Notes under the pieces: model-generated
The model's database searches: none
What the model was told of the DNA's origin: nothing
What the model saw: only the letters and a program-made list of their open reading frames with translations
Translations under genes and position numbers: made by a program
Source: Naegleria gruberi
Taxonomy: Eukaryota
Assembly (NCBI GenBank): GCA_000004985.1
Contig: GG738923.1
Strand: one strand, 5' to 3'
Length of the DNA stretch: 64,000 nucleotides
In this document: positions 7,206 through 15,677 of the stretch, one piece after another
Layout: each line of letters starts with the position of its first letter
How positions within the stretch are numbered: the stretch's first letter is position 1

Positions 7206-10004
7206 TTATGGTCTTTCGGCTAACATTTGATTAATGTTGAGAATAATGGAAGAGTAGACTGTGACTGATTCTAAATAGTTTTGAATGAGGATTCTTTCAT
7301 TGTGACCGTGAATTCTTTGGAGATCTTCAGTCTTCTTTACGAGTCTCATTGGCAAATAGCCATATGCAAAATCACTCAACTTTCTATAATACTTGCTATC
7401 ACTACCAGCAATAAATAAATAAGGTGAAACAATCACATCTGGTTGAATATGATTAATTGCTCTCTTTACAACTTCAAACTCTACACAATCAACACAAGAT
7501 ACAGAGGAAGCTTCTTGACAATCGATCATTAAAGGTGTGACGGTAATGTTTGGATGATTGACAACCTTTTCCAAGTGGCTCTTGACACTTTGCAAATTAT
7601 CATACGGAGAGAATCTAGTATTGAGAATAAAGTTTGCCTTAGATGGCATTACATTACTTTGGACACCAGCAGCCACAATGGTTGGAGCAAAGCTAGTTCT
7701 AGCCAAAGCATTTGGTGGACCACCAATATAAGACAATGCAATACTCAAAGGATAGGCCAAAATATCAAGATTTGCAACAATGGCCTTCATGATATAACCT
7801 TCAGAGTGTGGAGCCAAACTGAGGAGAACATTATGAATGATTGGTTTAAGTAAATGGGCAGGCATTGGATTATTTTCAATTTCAAGGATGGCCTTTGACA
7901 ATGTTCCAATACAGCTAGTTCTTCCTGGCATGGAAGCATGACCTGGATTACAATTGGCTTGAATGTCGAAATTACAATAGCCCTTTTCTGCAATGGCAAC
8001 AAAGGCAATTGGAGAGGCAACACCTGGAAATTGTTGGTCAGCAATTTGACCTCCTTCATCCAAAACAAATGCAAATCTGACATTCTTCTTCAAAAAGTAT
8101 GAAGTAACTTTGGCAGCTCCATGAACTCCTCCAATTTCTTCATCCATACCAATAACAACATAGGTATCTCTTTGAGGTTTAACCAATAAATTTTCTCTTC
8201 TCAATTGATTAAGAGCTTCCAAAATTTCATAAACTCCATTCTTATCATCCAATGTGCCTCTTCCATGCAAGAAACCATTCACTTGTTTACCACTAAATGG
8301 TGGATATTCCCATTTAGATTCATCATTGATTGGCACAACATCCACATGTCCAGTCAATAGAACTGGTTTCTTTTCCTTATCACTTCCTCTCCATACCCAA
8401 ACTCTCGAAGCAAGAAAATCATCCTCTCCCTTAACTTCACTTTGAATAATATCTTGAGTAATTTCCTCCAAAACTCCCTCACTTTCAGAGAATAAAAGTG
8501 GGAAATCCTTCACCATTTGATCAAACAATTCATGGAAAAGTTGTTTATCCTTCTGATAATCAATAGTTGGTTTCTGAATAGCCCTAGCCAATCTCAACAC
8601 TGCATCAGCCTGTTCCTCCTTGCTCCAATTTAATTTACTAAATTGTTCGGAAGCCTTTGATTGTTCAATTCTCTTTGAAAATTCCAAATCTCTTTCTTTA
8701 ATAATTTTCATATTAAATGTATAGGTTCGGAATGCCATCAATCCAATCAACCCGATCGCAGCCAAGAATAATAATTTTAAAATCGATTTGATGAGTGAGC
8801 ACGCAAGATTTGAAATGGCCATTTTTTTAAGATGAAAACGGAGTGAATGTTCGGACAATTGTGCAGATGGACATTTTATGCATGGTGAGATGAAAGTTGT
8901 TTTTTGAGTTTCTCCAAAGATTATATCAGAAACAGATTTGATATCATCTTCTGAGGTAGCATTAACAATATGATAGGAATCAAGTGTATTTCTATCTATT
9001 TTCTTGAAATATTGTGTAATGATCGAGTTGATAACTAGTTTAAGATAATGATTAGCAATTTCTGATCTTTCTAATTCTGGTAAAATATTCGAAACGAGTT
9101 CTCTATCATATTTCACTCCATTTTCCAATTTTTTACAAAGAATATCTGGTTTTACAAAGAGAATGATCTTACGAGAAGGAATAAACCATCTCGTATTCAT
9201 AACCTCACCAATTAGGGATAGAGATTCGTCCATTCTTTGAACACTGTCATCTTCCATTATAGTTTGATTAAATTCTGAAAGAGAAACCATGTAAACTAAT
9301 GTATGAACATCCTCAAAGAAATGAATCCAAATCTTTCTTGAATTTCTCCTTCCCACAACATCAATCACTTGAATTTCAGTGTTTCGTCTCGTAATAGTTT
9401 CGTATATTGAAATTCCTTTAGATGTGGAAGAAATCAATGAATAGGGAGAAAATATTTTCCCACGTTCAATTCTCAAAACTAATTCCTTAACATTTTCGTA
9501 CATTGAAATTCCACCTCTACTCCACACCAATTCATAAAACTCTCTAAAAAAGGAAATTTTCCACAGATTGACCAATATTTCAACGCAATCTATTTTTTGC
9601 AATTCCATTTCTAAACAGTTGCTAGCATTATCTGTTGCACTTTCGAATAATAATCTCATCTCAGGTCGAATAATTTCTTTCAACAAGTAATTTCTCTCTT
9701 GCTCTCCCATCTCTTCCCAAATTCTCTCAACAACCAGCGAGCAGACAATTTGCAAATTATTTGCAAAGTTTGCTTCCATGTCGTCACGAAAAGTTGTTTC
9801 TATTCTTGTTTCGGTTTTTGCTGTTCTTGTTTCGGTTGTTGATACGAGTTGTAACATGTGAAATAATGTTGATTTGCCAGAATCGGAGGGACCTAGTAGG
9901 AGAACTTTTGAACATGGGCGATTTTTAATAATATTATAATTGGATTGTGTTAATGTGACATTTGGATTGGCGTTTGACTTGGTGTGTGATGGTTTTGTGC
10001 CCAT
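7206..10004 (-). CDS. 932-aa chimeric protein: N-terminal degenerate G-protein alpha-subunit-like domain (about aa 1-390), one transmembrane helix, and a C-terminal carboxypeptidase S-like M20A metallopeptidase (about aa 430-932)
   Basis: G-alpha part: MGTKPS (Gly2, Ser6 myristoylation pattern). P-loop KVLLLGPSDSGKST (plus strand about 9845-9910). Helical-domain-length insert. Switch I ISSTSKGI instead of RVKTTGI. Switch II DVVGRRNSRKIWIHFFEDVHTLVYMVSLSEF aligns with [31 protein letters not shown] (plus strand about 9337-9372). IILFVKPDIL replaces IILFLNKKDLF. VNATSED replaces TCATDT. TM helix LIKSILKLLFLAAIGLIGLMAF (about 8735-8800). M20 part matches yeast Cps1 throughout: WRGSDKEKKPVLLTGHVDVVPINDESKWEYPPFSG (about 8331-8360), GRGTLDDKNG, VVIGMDEEIGGVHGAA, FVLDEGGQI, IAEKGYCNFDI, HGHNERI. 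The ORF is continuous with no stop between the domains. Confidence 0.7.
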   Translation of the reverse strand: MGTKPSHTKSNANPNVTLTQSNYNIIKNRPCSKVLLLGPSDSGKSTLFHMLQLVSTTETRTAKTETRIETTFRDDMEANFANNLQIVCSLVVERIWEEMGEQERNYLLKEIIRPEMRLLFESATDNASNCLEMELQKIDCVEILVNLWKISFFREFYELVWSRGGISMYENVKELVLRIERGKIFSPYSLISSTSKGISIYETITRRNTEIQVIDVVGRRNSRKIWIHFFEDVHTLVYMVSLSEFNQTIMEDDSVQRMDESLSLIGEVMNTRWFIPSRKIILFVKPDILCKKLENGVKYDRELVSNILPELERSEIANHYLKLVINSIITQYFKKIDRNTLDSYHIVNATSEDDIKSVSDIIFGETQKTTFISPCIKCPSAQLSEHSLRFHLKKMAISNLACSLIKSILKLLFLAAIGLIGLMAFRTYTFNMKIIKERDLEFSKRIEQSKASEQFSKLNWSKEEQADAVLRLARAIQKPTIDYQKDKQLFHELFDQMVKDFPLLFSESEGVLEEITQDIIQSEVKGEDDFLASRVWVWRGSDKEKKPVLLTGHVDVVPINDESKWEYPPFSGKQVNGFLHGRGTLDDKNGVYEILEALNQLRRENLLVKPQRDTYVVIGMDEEIGGVHGAAKVTSYFLKKNVRFAFVLDEGGQIADQQFPGVASPIAFVAIAEKGYCNFDIQANCNPGHASMPGRTSCIGTLSKAILEIENNPMPAHLLKPIIHNVLLSLAPHSEGYIMKAIVANLDILAYPLSIALSYIGGPPNALARTSFAPTIVAAGVQSNVMPSKANFILNTRFSPYDNLQSVKSHLEKVVNHPNITVTPLMIDCQEASSVSCVDCVEFEVVKRAINHIQPDVIVSPYLFIAGSDSKYYRKLSDFAYGYLPMRLVKKTEDLQRIHGHNERILIQNYLESVTVYSSIILNINQMLAERP

Positions 10005-10229
10005 TTTTTTAAAGTTGAATTGCTTTCAGATACCTACAAAGAATTGAATGAAAATTTATTGTAAAGGAGTAACAGAACTTTCGAATAAAAAATTGCCAAT
10101 TACAATGTAATGTTTTTTCAAAGTTTCCAACAAGATTAATATAATCAAGGTCACTTCATGGACTTTGAGTTTCCAAATATCTTCCAGATTCGTCTCCTTT
10201 CGTTTCACAAACATCAAACCACAAAAAAA

Positions 10230-10433
10230 ATGTCTGACTCACTTGCGATTGGCATTGGAGCTGGAGTTGGAGGATTCGCAGGTGTTAGCATTCTTCTCAT
10301 TATCATCATTATTGCCATTGTACTATATCGGAGGAAAAGGAGACACCAGAGGAGAGGTTATATCGAGCAAGAAGGAGATTATTCGCATTATTATGCTGCC
10401 TCTGGTGAGACACTGCCAGGACATTTGCATTAA
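10230..10433 (+). CDS. Small single-pass membrane protein (67 aa): MSDSLAIGIGAGVGGFAGVSILLIIIIIAIVLYRRKRRHQRRGYIEQEGDYSHYYAASGETLPGHLH
   Basis: ATG at 10230 after an 8-A run. Glycine-zipper-like GIGAGVGGFAG followed by a hydrophobic stretch (TM), a basic stop-transfer RRKRRHQRR, and a Tyr-rich tail. The ORF-track start at 10158 is non-ATG, so 10230 is preferred. Confidence 0.35.
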   Translation: MSDSLAIGIGAGVGGFAGVSILLIIIIIAIVLYRRKRRHQRRGYIEQEGDYSHYYAASGETLPGHLH

Positions 10434-10683
10434 TGTGGTTTTTCTGGAGAGTTGATGAATGTAATGATTTGAAATAATTCGAAAATGTGAAAAATATTAC
10501 ATTGTAAATGAAATAGAATTTGATTTTTTTTTAAATTTTGAATTGTTGTTTTTCGAATTGACAAGGTTACTATTTAAGGAAACTGTAAAAAAGGTCTGTA
10601 TAAGTATTATTAAAATTGAAATCTATGATAGAACATACTTATCATTAAATCAATTGATGTAAAGCACTCTTAACTGAACACTA

Positions 10684-10702
10684 GGAAATTGGTCAAATTT
10701 CC
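10684..10702. promoter_or_regulatory. Inverted repeat ggaaatt-ggtca-aatttcc, about 130 bp upstream of the membrane glycoprotein ATG
   Basis: 7-bp perfect arms with a 5-bp spacer, read directly from the sequence. Confidence 0.15.
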
Positions 10703-10832
10703 AAATTGATTTGAAATCGAACAGTAATATGCAGAGCGCACAATAAGGAACACTAAGGGAAAGCAAAATCCCGTAGATGAGATTATGAAATAATAACATG
10801 TTGAAGATTTTGAATGAAAAAAAATAGGCGAT

Positions 10833-12356
10833 ATGAATGCATCGAAAATTCTACGACTTTGCTTTGTGATAAGTGTGTGGATGCTACTGCTTAATAATCA
10901 GCTTGTTAAGGGTTGTTTGTTCGGCCAAGTCATTAAAGAAACACTCGATGGTTCTTGTCAATATACCTATCAACACTATGGTTCTAATATTGGTTTTGTC
11001 GTGTCCTCCGATTTTGGCAAATATCAATACAAGTTAGAGCATATTGATAAGTGTGATGATTATTGCAAAAAGCTATATGCAAAGACTCAATTATTTATAA
11101 TGGATGCACTTGTCTTTTCTTTGGTTGATTTTGATCCAAACTCAGCTCATAGAGATGAAGGTTGGACACTAACCTTCTCCTATTATAATCTGGGTCCCAT
11201 GTGGGATATTGATCCAACCAAATTGACAATCAATATTACTACAAAGGATGGACTTGAAAAAATCCCTGAAATTAATATACCTGCTCAAGGAAATCAGTGG
11301 TATTCTCTGGTTAAGTTTAATGATTTTTTGAGAGATGGTATTCAAGAATTTAGAATTTCTCTAATTTCTCTGACTGGTCTTATTCCATTGAATGCAAATC
11401 TAGATCAAGAATATGATCTTGATTACCCTAGGTCTGTTAACTTTGTTGGAGACAAAAACAAAGTTCAAATGAATATTCTGGAATTATCTGGATTGCCTAC
11501 TAGAATTACTCTTTATAACGAGCAGCCTAACCAACTATTGAATTTTGCATGTTTCAAAAATAATGTCTATAACACAATGGGGAATTATAGATGGGAATCT
11601 AGTGGATCAATTTCAGATGTTTTAACTACCGTAACTCTTTCAAATATGACAACAGATGTCTTTGGAAATTTGGTGAGTGTGAATGCGACAACTCTTGAAT
11701 TGAATCTTGAAAATCCAAATTCTCTTTATGATAGCCTAACATCAACTCATTCTAAATATCTTGGCGGTTCTTCAGTTGCTAGCACTCTTACATTACAAGA
11801 TGGTAATATATTGAGAATTATGGCAGTTGACAAGGCATTCAGACAGCACTGCATTACTCCAAATCAACAAGTGATTGGATCAATGAAATTTGGACAAGTA
11901 ATCTCTTACCGAGTCCAAATATATCCTCAGCCATTTAGCAGTATTGGACAAGTCAACCTCAACATCTCTACATACACAAGTGTTCTATTCCTTCAAACCA
12001 CTCACTATGATGCAGACAGTTCTCAATTATGTTCATTAGCAGATCATGTGGATTTTGAAACTGAAGTCACCATCAAAGGAATGGATGTACATCAACCACT
12101 TTCGATTTCCAATGCAAAAAGAAACCACTTGATCGCCATGAATTTATTCTTTATTTGTAAGGCAGAGGAAGGTTGCAATTTTGATTTTACTCTTTCTGGA
12201 GGAACATCTCACAACCCAATTGATGAGACAACCATTATTATTGTGTCAAGCATTGCAGGAATTGCCTTGATTTTAAACATTATTGCCTTACTCGTAATGG
12301 TAGTAGTAGTTTATTTGACTATTAAACGAAGAAAGGTCTATGTCAGTATTCAATAA
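10833..12356 (+). CDS. Type I membrane glycoprotein of unknown function (507 aa), with a signal peptide, a large N-glycosylatable ectodomain, a C-terminal TM helix and a 12-aa cytoplasmic tail
   Basis: ATG at 10833. N-terminal MNASKILRLCFVISVWMLLLNNQLVKG has a hydrophobic h-region. Many N-x-S/T sequons (NIT, NMT, NAT, NIS). C-terminal IIIVSSIAGIALILNIIALLVMVVVVYL is followed by TIKRRKVYVSIQ and stop. Confidence 0.55.
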   Translation: MNASKILRLCFVISVWMLLLNNQLVKGCLFGQVIKETLDGSCQYTYQHYGSNIGFVVSSDFGKYQYKLEHIDKCDDYCKKLYAKTQLFIMDALVFSLVDFDPNSAHRDEGWTLTFSYYNLGPMWDIDPTKLTINITTKDGLEKIPEINIPAQGNQWYSLVKFNDFLRDGIQEFRISLISLTGLIPLNANLDQEYDLDYPRSVNFVGDKNKVQMNILELSGLPTRITLYNEQPNQLLNFACFKNNVYNTMGNYRWESSGSISDVLTTVTLSNMTTDVFGNLVSVNATTLELNLENPNSLYDSLTSTHSKYLGGSSVASTLTLQDGNILRIMAVDKAFRQHCITPNQQVIGSMKFGQVISYRVQIYPQPFSSIGQVNLNISTYTSVLFLQTTHYDADSSQLCSLADHVDFETEVTIKGMDVHQPLSISNAKRNHLIAMNLFFICKAEEGCNFDFTLSGGTSHNPIDETTIIIVSSIAGIALILNIIALLVMVVVVYLTIKRRKVYVSIQ

Positions 12357-12512
12357 ACAGTATTTCTTCTAACAAGCTTCAACCAACATGAAACTCTTCA
12401 CATTTAATCCATGTAAATCAGGAAAAGAATCTTTCTCAAAATGAGAAGAACCTCGTTTCAGAAATTCTCAGTATCCACTGTTTAGTGGAAATTGGATGAA
12501 CTTGGCGCCAAT

Positions 12513-12524
12513 AAAAAACGCTGG
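12513..12524. promoter_or_regulatory. Perfect palindromic E2F-like site TTGGCGCCAA(TA), about 65-85 bp upstream of the DNA ligase start codon
   Basis: cttggcgccaataaaaaacg. TTGGCGCCAA is its own reverse complement and resembles the overlapping inverted E2F sites TTTSGCGCCAAA found in replication-gene promoters. It shares GCGCCAATA with the TK upstream edge. Confidence 0.35.
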
Positions 12525-12585
12525 ATAAAAAAATTTGACAAAAATCAGAAAAAAAAATTTGGTAAACACAGTTTAAATAATAATA

Positions 12586-15500
12586 ATGGTAGGTTGATAA
12601 TGGTAATTTTCAAGGTAGATAATGATGGATAATTTGATGATTTGTGTTTATTATTATTTTTGTAGGCATCTAGATCCTCTTCATCTTCATCAAAGGATAA
12701 TTCGGGTAGATTCTCTGAATTTGTTGCCCTCTGTAAAGACATTGAAGAGGTATCGGCTCACACTGAAAAGAGTCAAGTGATGAAGGAGTTTCTATCCGAT
12801 TTCAAGGGAGATGTTTATTTGTTGTATAAATTATTATTTGCAAAGGAAAATCAGAGAAAGTTTAATTTAAAAGATAAGAAACTTGTTGATGTTTGTGCAA
12901 GTGCATTCGGAGAAGATCTTGATGAAATGATTGATCACATGGATTCTAAAGGAGATGTTTCTGAAACTTTAAAGAAATATTTAGTGAGAAGTGATCATGC
13001 AAGAGATAAAGGAATTGTTACTTTGAAACAGGTTGATGATTTCCTTGAAGAATTAACACAATTATCAAAGAAAGAAGATCAAATTCGTGCTTTTAAGAAA
13101 TTTGTAAATGATAAGTTAACTGGAGATGAATTGAAATTTATATGTAGAATAATTTGTAAAGATTTAAAGATTAGAGCTGGACCAAAATATTTATTAGCAG
13201 CACTTCATTCTGATGCTTATCAATCCTATATTTTAACACATGATTTGAAACAAATTGTAAATGTTATAACTAGTGGAAGTGATTTAAAAAATTTATCAAT
13301 GACAGCTCAATCACTTTTAGATATTGATGCATTGATTAAAGATGCAGATAGTGATGATGAAGGTACAAATTTTGATATGATGAATATATCAGATGATGAA
13401 GATGATAAAAAGAAGAAATCATCCAAAGCAACTTCTTCCAATGATAAAAAGAAGACAATTGATAAAAAGAAGAGTAGTAAATCATCAGATAATTCTGATA
13501 AGGATGATGATTCTGGAGATGAAACAGATATTGGTGAAAATGTGGATGATATTGAGGAAAAACCTGAAGAACTTGTAGATGAAGAATCAGAGGATGATTC
13601 TAAAAAGAAAAAGAAGAATAAGAAGGCTCCTAAGAAGATTAAAATATCAACCAAGATGAAACTTTTCCATCCTGTCAAACCAATGCTTGCTCGTCCAAGT
13701 AAGACTTATGATGATGTTATTGCTCGTTGTCCAAATGGTTTTTATTCTGAACTTAAATATGATGGTGAAAGAATTCAAATTCACTATGATAGAAAAAATG
13801 ATGAAATCAAATATTTTAGTAGAAATTTGAAAGATGTTCAAGAGTATAAGATCAAATCTGTAAAAAAGTATATTTCTAAAGCTATTAAGGAAAAGGTTGA
13901 ATCTGTAATTTTAGATGGTGAAATTTTAATGATGGATACAAAGACAAATAAGATTCTTCCATTTGGTACACTTGGTAAAAATGTTAGACAAGATCACAAA
14001 GATGCTGTAACAACTATATTTTTATTTGATATATTGTATTATAATGGTAAATCACTCCTTTCAGTTCCTTTATATAAGAGAAAGGCATTAATGACTAAAA
14101 TTGTAAATCCAATCAAACATAGAGTAATGTTAGGTGAATATTTGGTTGTAAAGGGTTCAAAACAAACAAGAGAAGCTATTGTTTCTGCTGAAATGAGTGC
14201 AATGATTAAGAAGGGTGAAGAAGGTTTAGTGGTATGTATTATTTTCAAATTTATTATTAATTTTTTTATTAACAATTTTACATATTAGTTAAAAGATTTA
14301 TGTTCTCCATATGAACCTAATGCTAGACATTGGCTTAAAATGAAAAAAGATTACTTGAAAGGTATGGCAGATAGTGTAGATCTTGTTGTTCTAGGAGCTT
14401 ATCTTGGTACAGGTAGTAAAGGTGGTTTAATGTCTGTATTCATGATGGGTTCTTTTGACAAGAAATTAGGAAAGTGGAGAATTATTTGTAAATGTGGTAA
14501 CGGACACGATGATCAAACTATTGAAACATTGAATGAAGAATTGAAATCAAATATGAAAAGAATCAGTAAGGATCCTTCATTGGTTCCAGATGATATTGAT
14601 ATTCATACTAATGCTCTTGTACCTGATTTTATTGTTAAAGATCCAAAAAAGAGTGTTGTTTGGGAAATTCAAGGAGCTGAATTTTCAGTTTCCTCAAGAA
14701 AAGACAGACCAATTTCTGTCAGATTCCCTAGAGTTACAAAAATTAGAGATGATAAGGATGTTTTAGATCATACCAATTATCAAGAAATTATCAAATTGAA
14801 AAATGAAAGTAATAGAAAAGGTTTAGTGCCTATTTTTGGAGATGCTGATGCAGGAGATGATTCTGATGAAAGTGTAGATGTAAAAGATAAAAAGAAACGT
14901 TCCAGAGCTAAAAAATCAAAATCTGATGATGAAGAAGATGAATCAGATTCAAGCTCAAAGAAAAAGAAAAATTCAAGAAAGAAGAAGATAAATTCCTCAG
15001 ATGATGAAGATGATGAGGATGATAAAAAGTCAGCTAAAAAGGCTAATGATAAGAAAAAATCAAAATCCTCAGATAATTCTGATGGTGAAGATGATGATCC
15101 AAAAGCAAAGAAAGCTAAAAAGTCAACTATTGGTATCAAATTATCTGATATTGATACTATTAATGACTCTTCTACTCCAGAACAAATCTATTACATTTAT
15201 GGTGATTTTATGAAAATGCCAATGAATAAGGAAGAAAAACTAATTTCACATTGTGTAGATGACTCTAGTAGATGGTCAGATAAAGGATCAATGGGAAATA
15301 TTGAACTCTTGTATGGTGAAGATATTAAGAAGGCTTACACTGATGATATGAACATAATTGGTGATGCTCAAATTGTTGTAGCATTACCAAATCATTTATG
15401 TAATATGGTATGTCTTCAATTTGTCAAGAAAGGATCTGCACCAAAAGTTGACTATCATGCTTTGGATGAATGTTTAAAGAAATGTGCTACCTACATGAAT

Positions 15501-15677
15501 CAAAAAAAGATTGGTACATTCCATTTATATAGATTGCATCACGCCATTTCTGGTTTGGATTGGAATAGAGTTGAACAACTTTTGAAGGAAAATCTTTCAA
15601 ACAAGGGATTTGCTGTTTTCATCTATACAAAGGATAGAGATGATAAGGATAGAGTTAATGAATCAAAAAATAAGTTG
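12586..15677 (+). CDS. LIG1: ATP-dependent DNA ligase I, three exons: exon 1 is the ATG only (12586-12588, or alternatively 12600-12602); exon 2 is 12666-14231; exon 3 is 14289 to at least 15677, where the 3' end is lost in the N gap. At least 986 aa. Carries two K/D/E/S-rich inserts and a C-terminal extension of about 190 aa beyond the conserved core.
   Basis: Exon 2 opens right after an acceptor ttattatttttgtag|GCA and encodes FSEFVALCKDIEEVSAHTEKSQVMKEFL (compare human LIG1 [28 protein letters not shown]). Motif I is ELKYDGERIQIHY (KxDGxR). Motif V EGLV is joined across the intron to LKDLCSPYEPNARHWLKMKKDYL (compare EGLMVKTL...YEIAKRSHNWLKLKKDYL). DLVVLGAYLGTGSKGG and ISVRFPRVTKIRDDK match the OB/conserved C-terminal motifs. 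Reading through the 14232-14288 intron gives the stop TAG at 14286-14288. Confidence 0.85.
12589..12665 (+). other. Intron 1 of the DNA ligase gene, immediately after the start codon (77 nt; 63 nt if ATG 12600 is used)
   Basis: aataataATG|gtaggt...tttgtttattattatttttgtag|GCATCT. Frame check gives M + ASRSSSSSSKDNSGRFSEF... in phase 0. No in-frame ATG exists in exon 2 upstream of the conserved region except this one. Confidence 0.55.
13341..13655 (+). repeat. Low-complexity coding insert (D/E/K/S-rich, about 105 aa) between the DNA-binding and adenylation domains of the ligase
   Basis: DADSDDEGTNFDMMNISDDEDDKKKKSSKATSSNDKKKTIDKKKSSKSSDNSDKDDDSGDE...KKKKKNKKAPKK, generated by GAT/GAA/AAG-rich triplets. 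It also creates the spurious antisense ORF 13307-13678. Confidence 0.7.
14232..14288 (+). other. Intron 2 of the DNA ligase gene (57 nt, GTATGT...TATTAG)
   Basis: Conserved motifs EGLV and LKDLCSPYEP are contiguous only after removing this AT-rich segment. It ends with an in-frame TAG, so it cannot be coding. Confidence 0.8.
14841..15125 (+). repeat. Second low-complexity D/E/K/S-rich insert (about 95 aa) after the ligase catalytic core. It contains a 15-nt exact copy (tcagataattctgat, 15069-15083) of a segment in the first insert (13485-13499).
   Basis: DADAGDDSDESVDVKDKKKRSRAKKSKSDDEEDESDSSSKKKKNSRKKKINSSDDEDDEDDKKSAKKANDKKKSKSSDNSDGEDDDPKAKKAKK. KSSDNSD is shared with the first insert at the nucleotide level. 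Confidence 0.7.

Noticed and set aside
7554-8445. Small ORFs 7554-7853 (plus), 7787-8083 (minus, alternate frame) and 8254-8445 (plus) inside the peptidase coding region
   Set aside because: They are embedded in the well-supported M20 peptidase frame on the minus strand.
10158-10455. ORF-track starts at 10158 / 10165 for the small membrane protein and its overlapping alternate frame
   Set aside because: The 10158 start is a non-ATG codon. The ATG at 10230 with an A-run context gives a coherent TM protein. The 10165 frame is an overlapping artefact.
12545-12742. 65-aa minus-strand ORF upstream of the ligase
   Set aside because: It overlaps the ligase start codon, intron 1 and the first part of exon 2 on the opposite strand, and is AT-rich chance sequence.
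13307-13678. Antisense ORF (123 aa, minus strand) and sense ORF 13393-13578 inside the ligase low-complexity insert
   Set aside because: Both come from the GAT/GAA/AAG triplet-repeat composition of the sense-strand coding region (SSS/FFF/EEE-type translations). The sense-strand frame is validated by flanking ligase motifs.
14780-15213. Antisense ORF 14780-15139 (minus) and alternate-frame ORF 15001-15213 (plus) in the second ligase insert
   Set aside because: Same low-complexity artefact. The ligase frame continues through this region into the C-terminal extension.
15130-15677. Assignment of the ligase C-terminal extension to a macro or BRCT domain
   Set aside because: Only patchy resemblance (e.g. 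AISG, LDECLKKC). Spacing of the key motifs does not fit the macro domain, and the BRCT signature Trp is absent. Left as unassigned.
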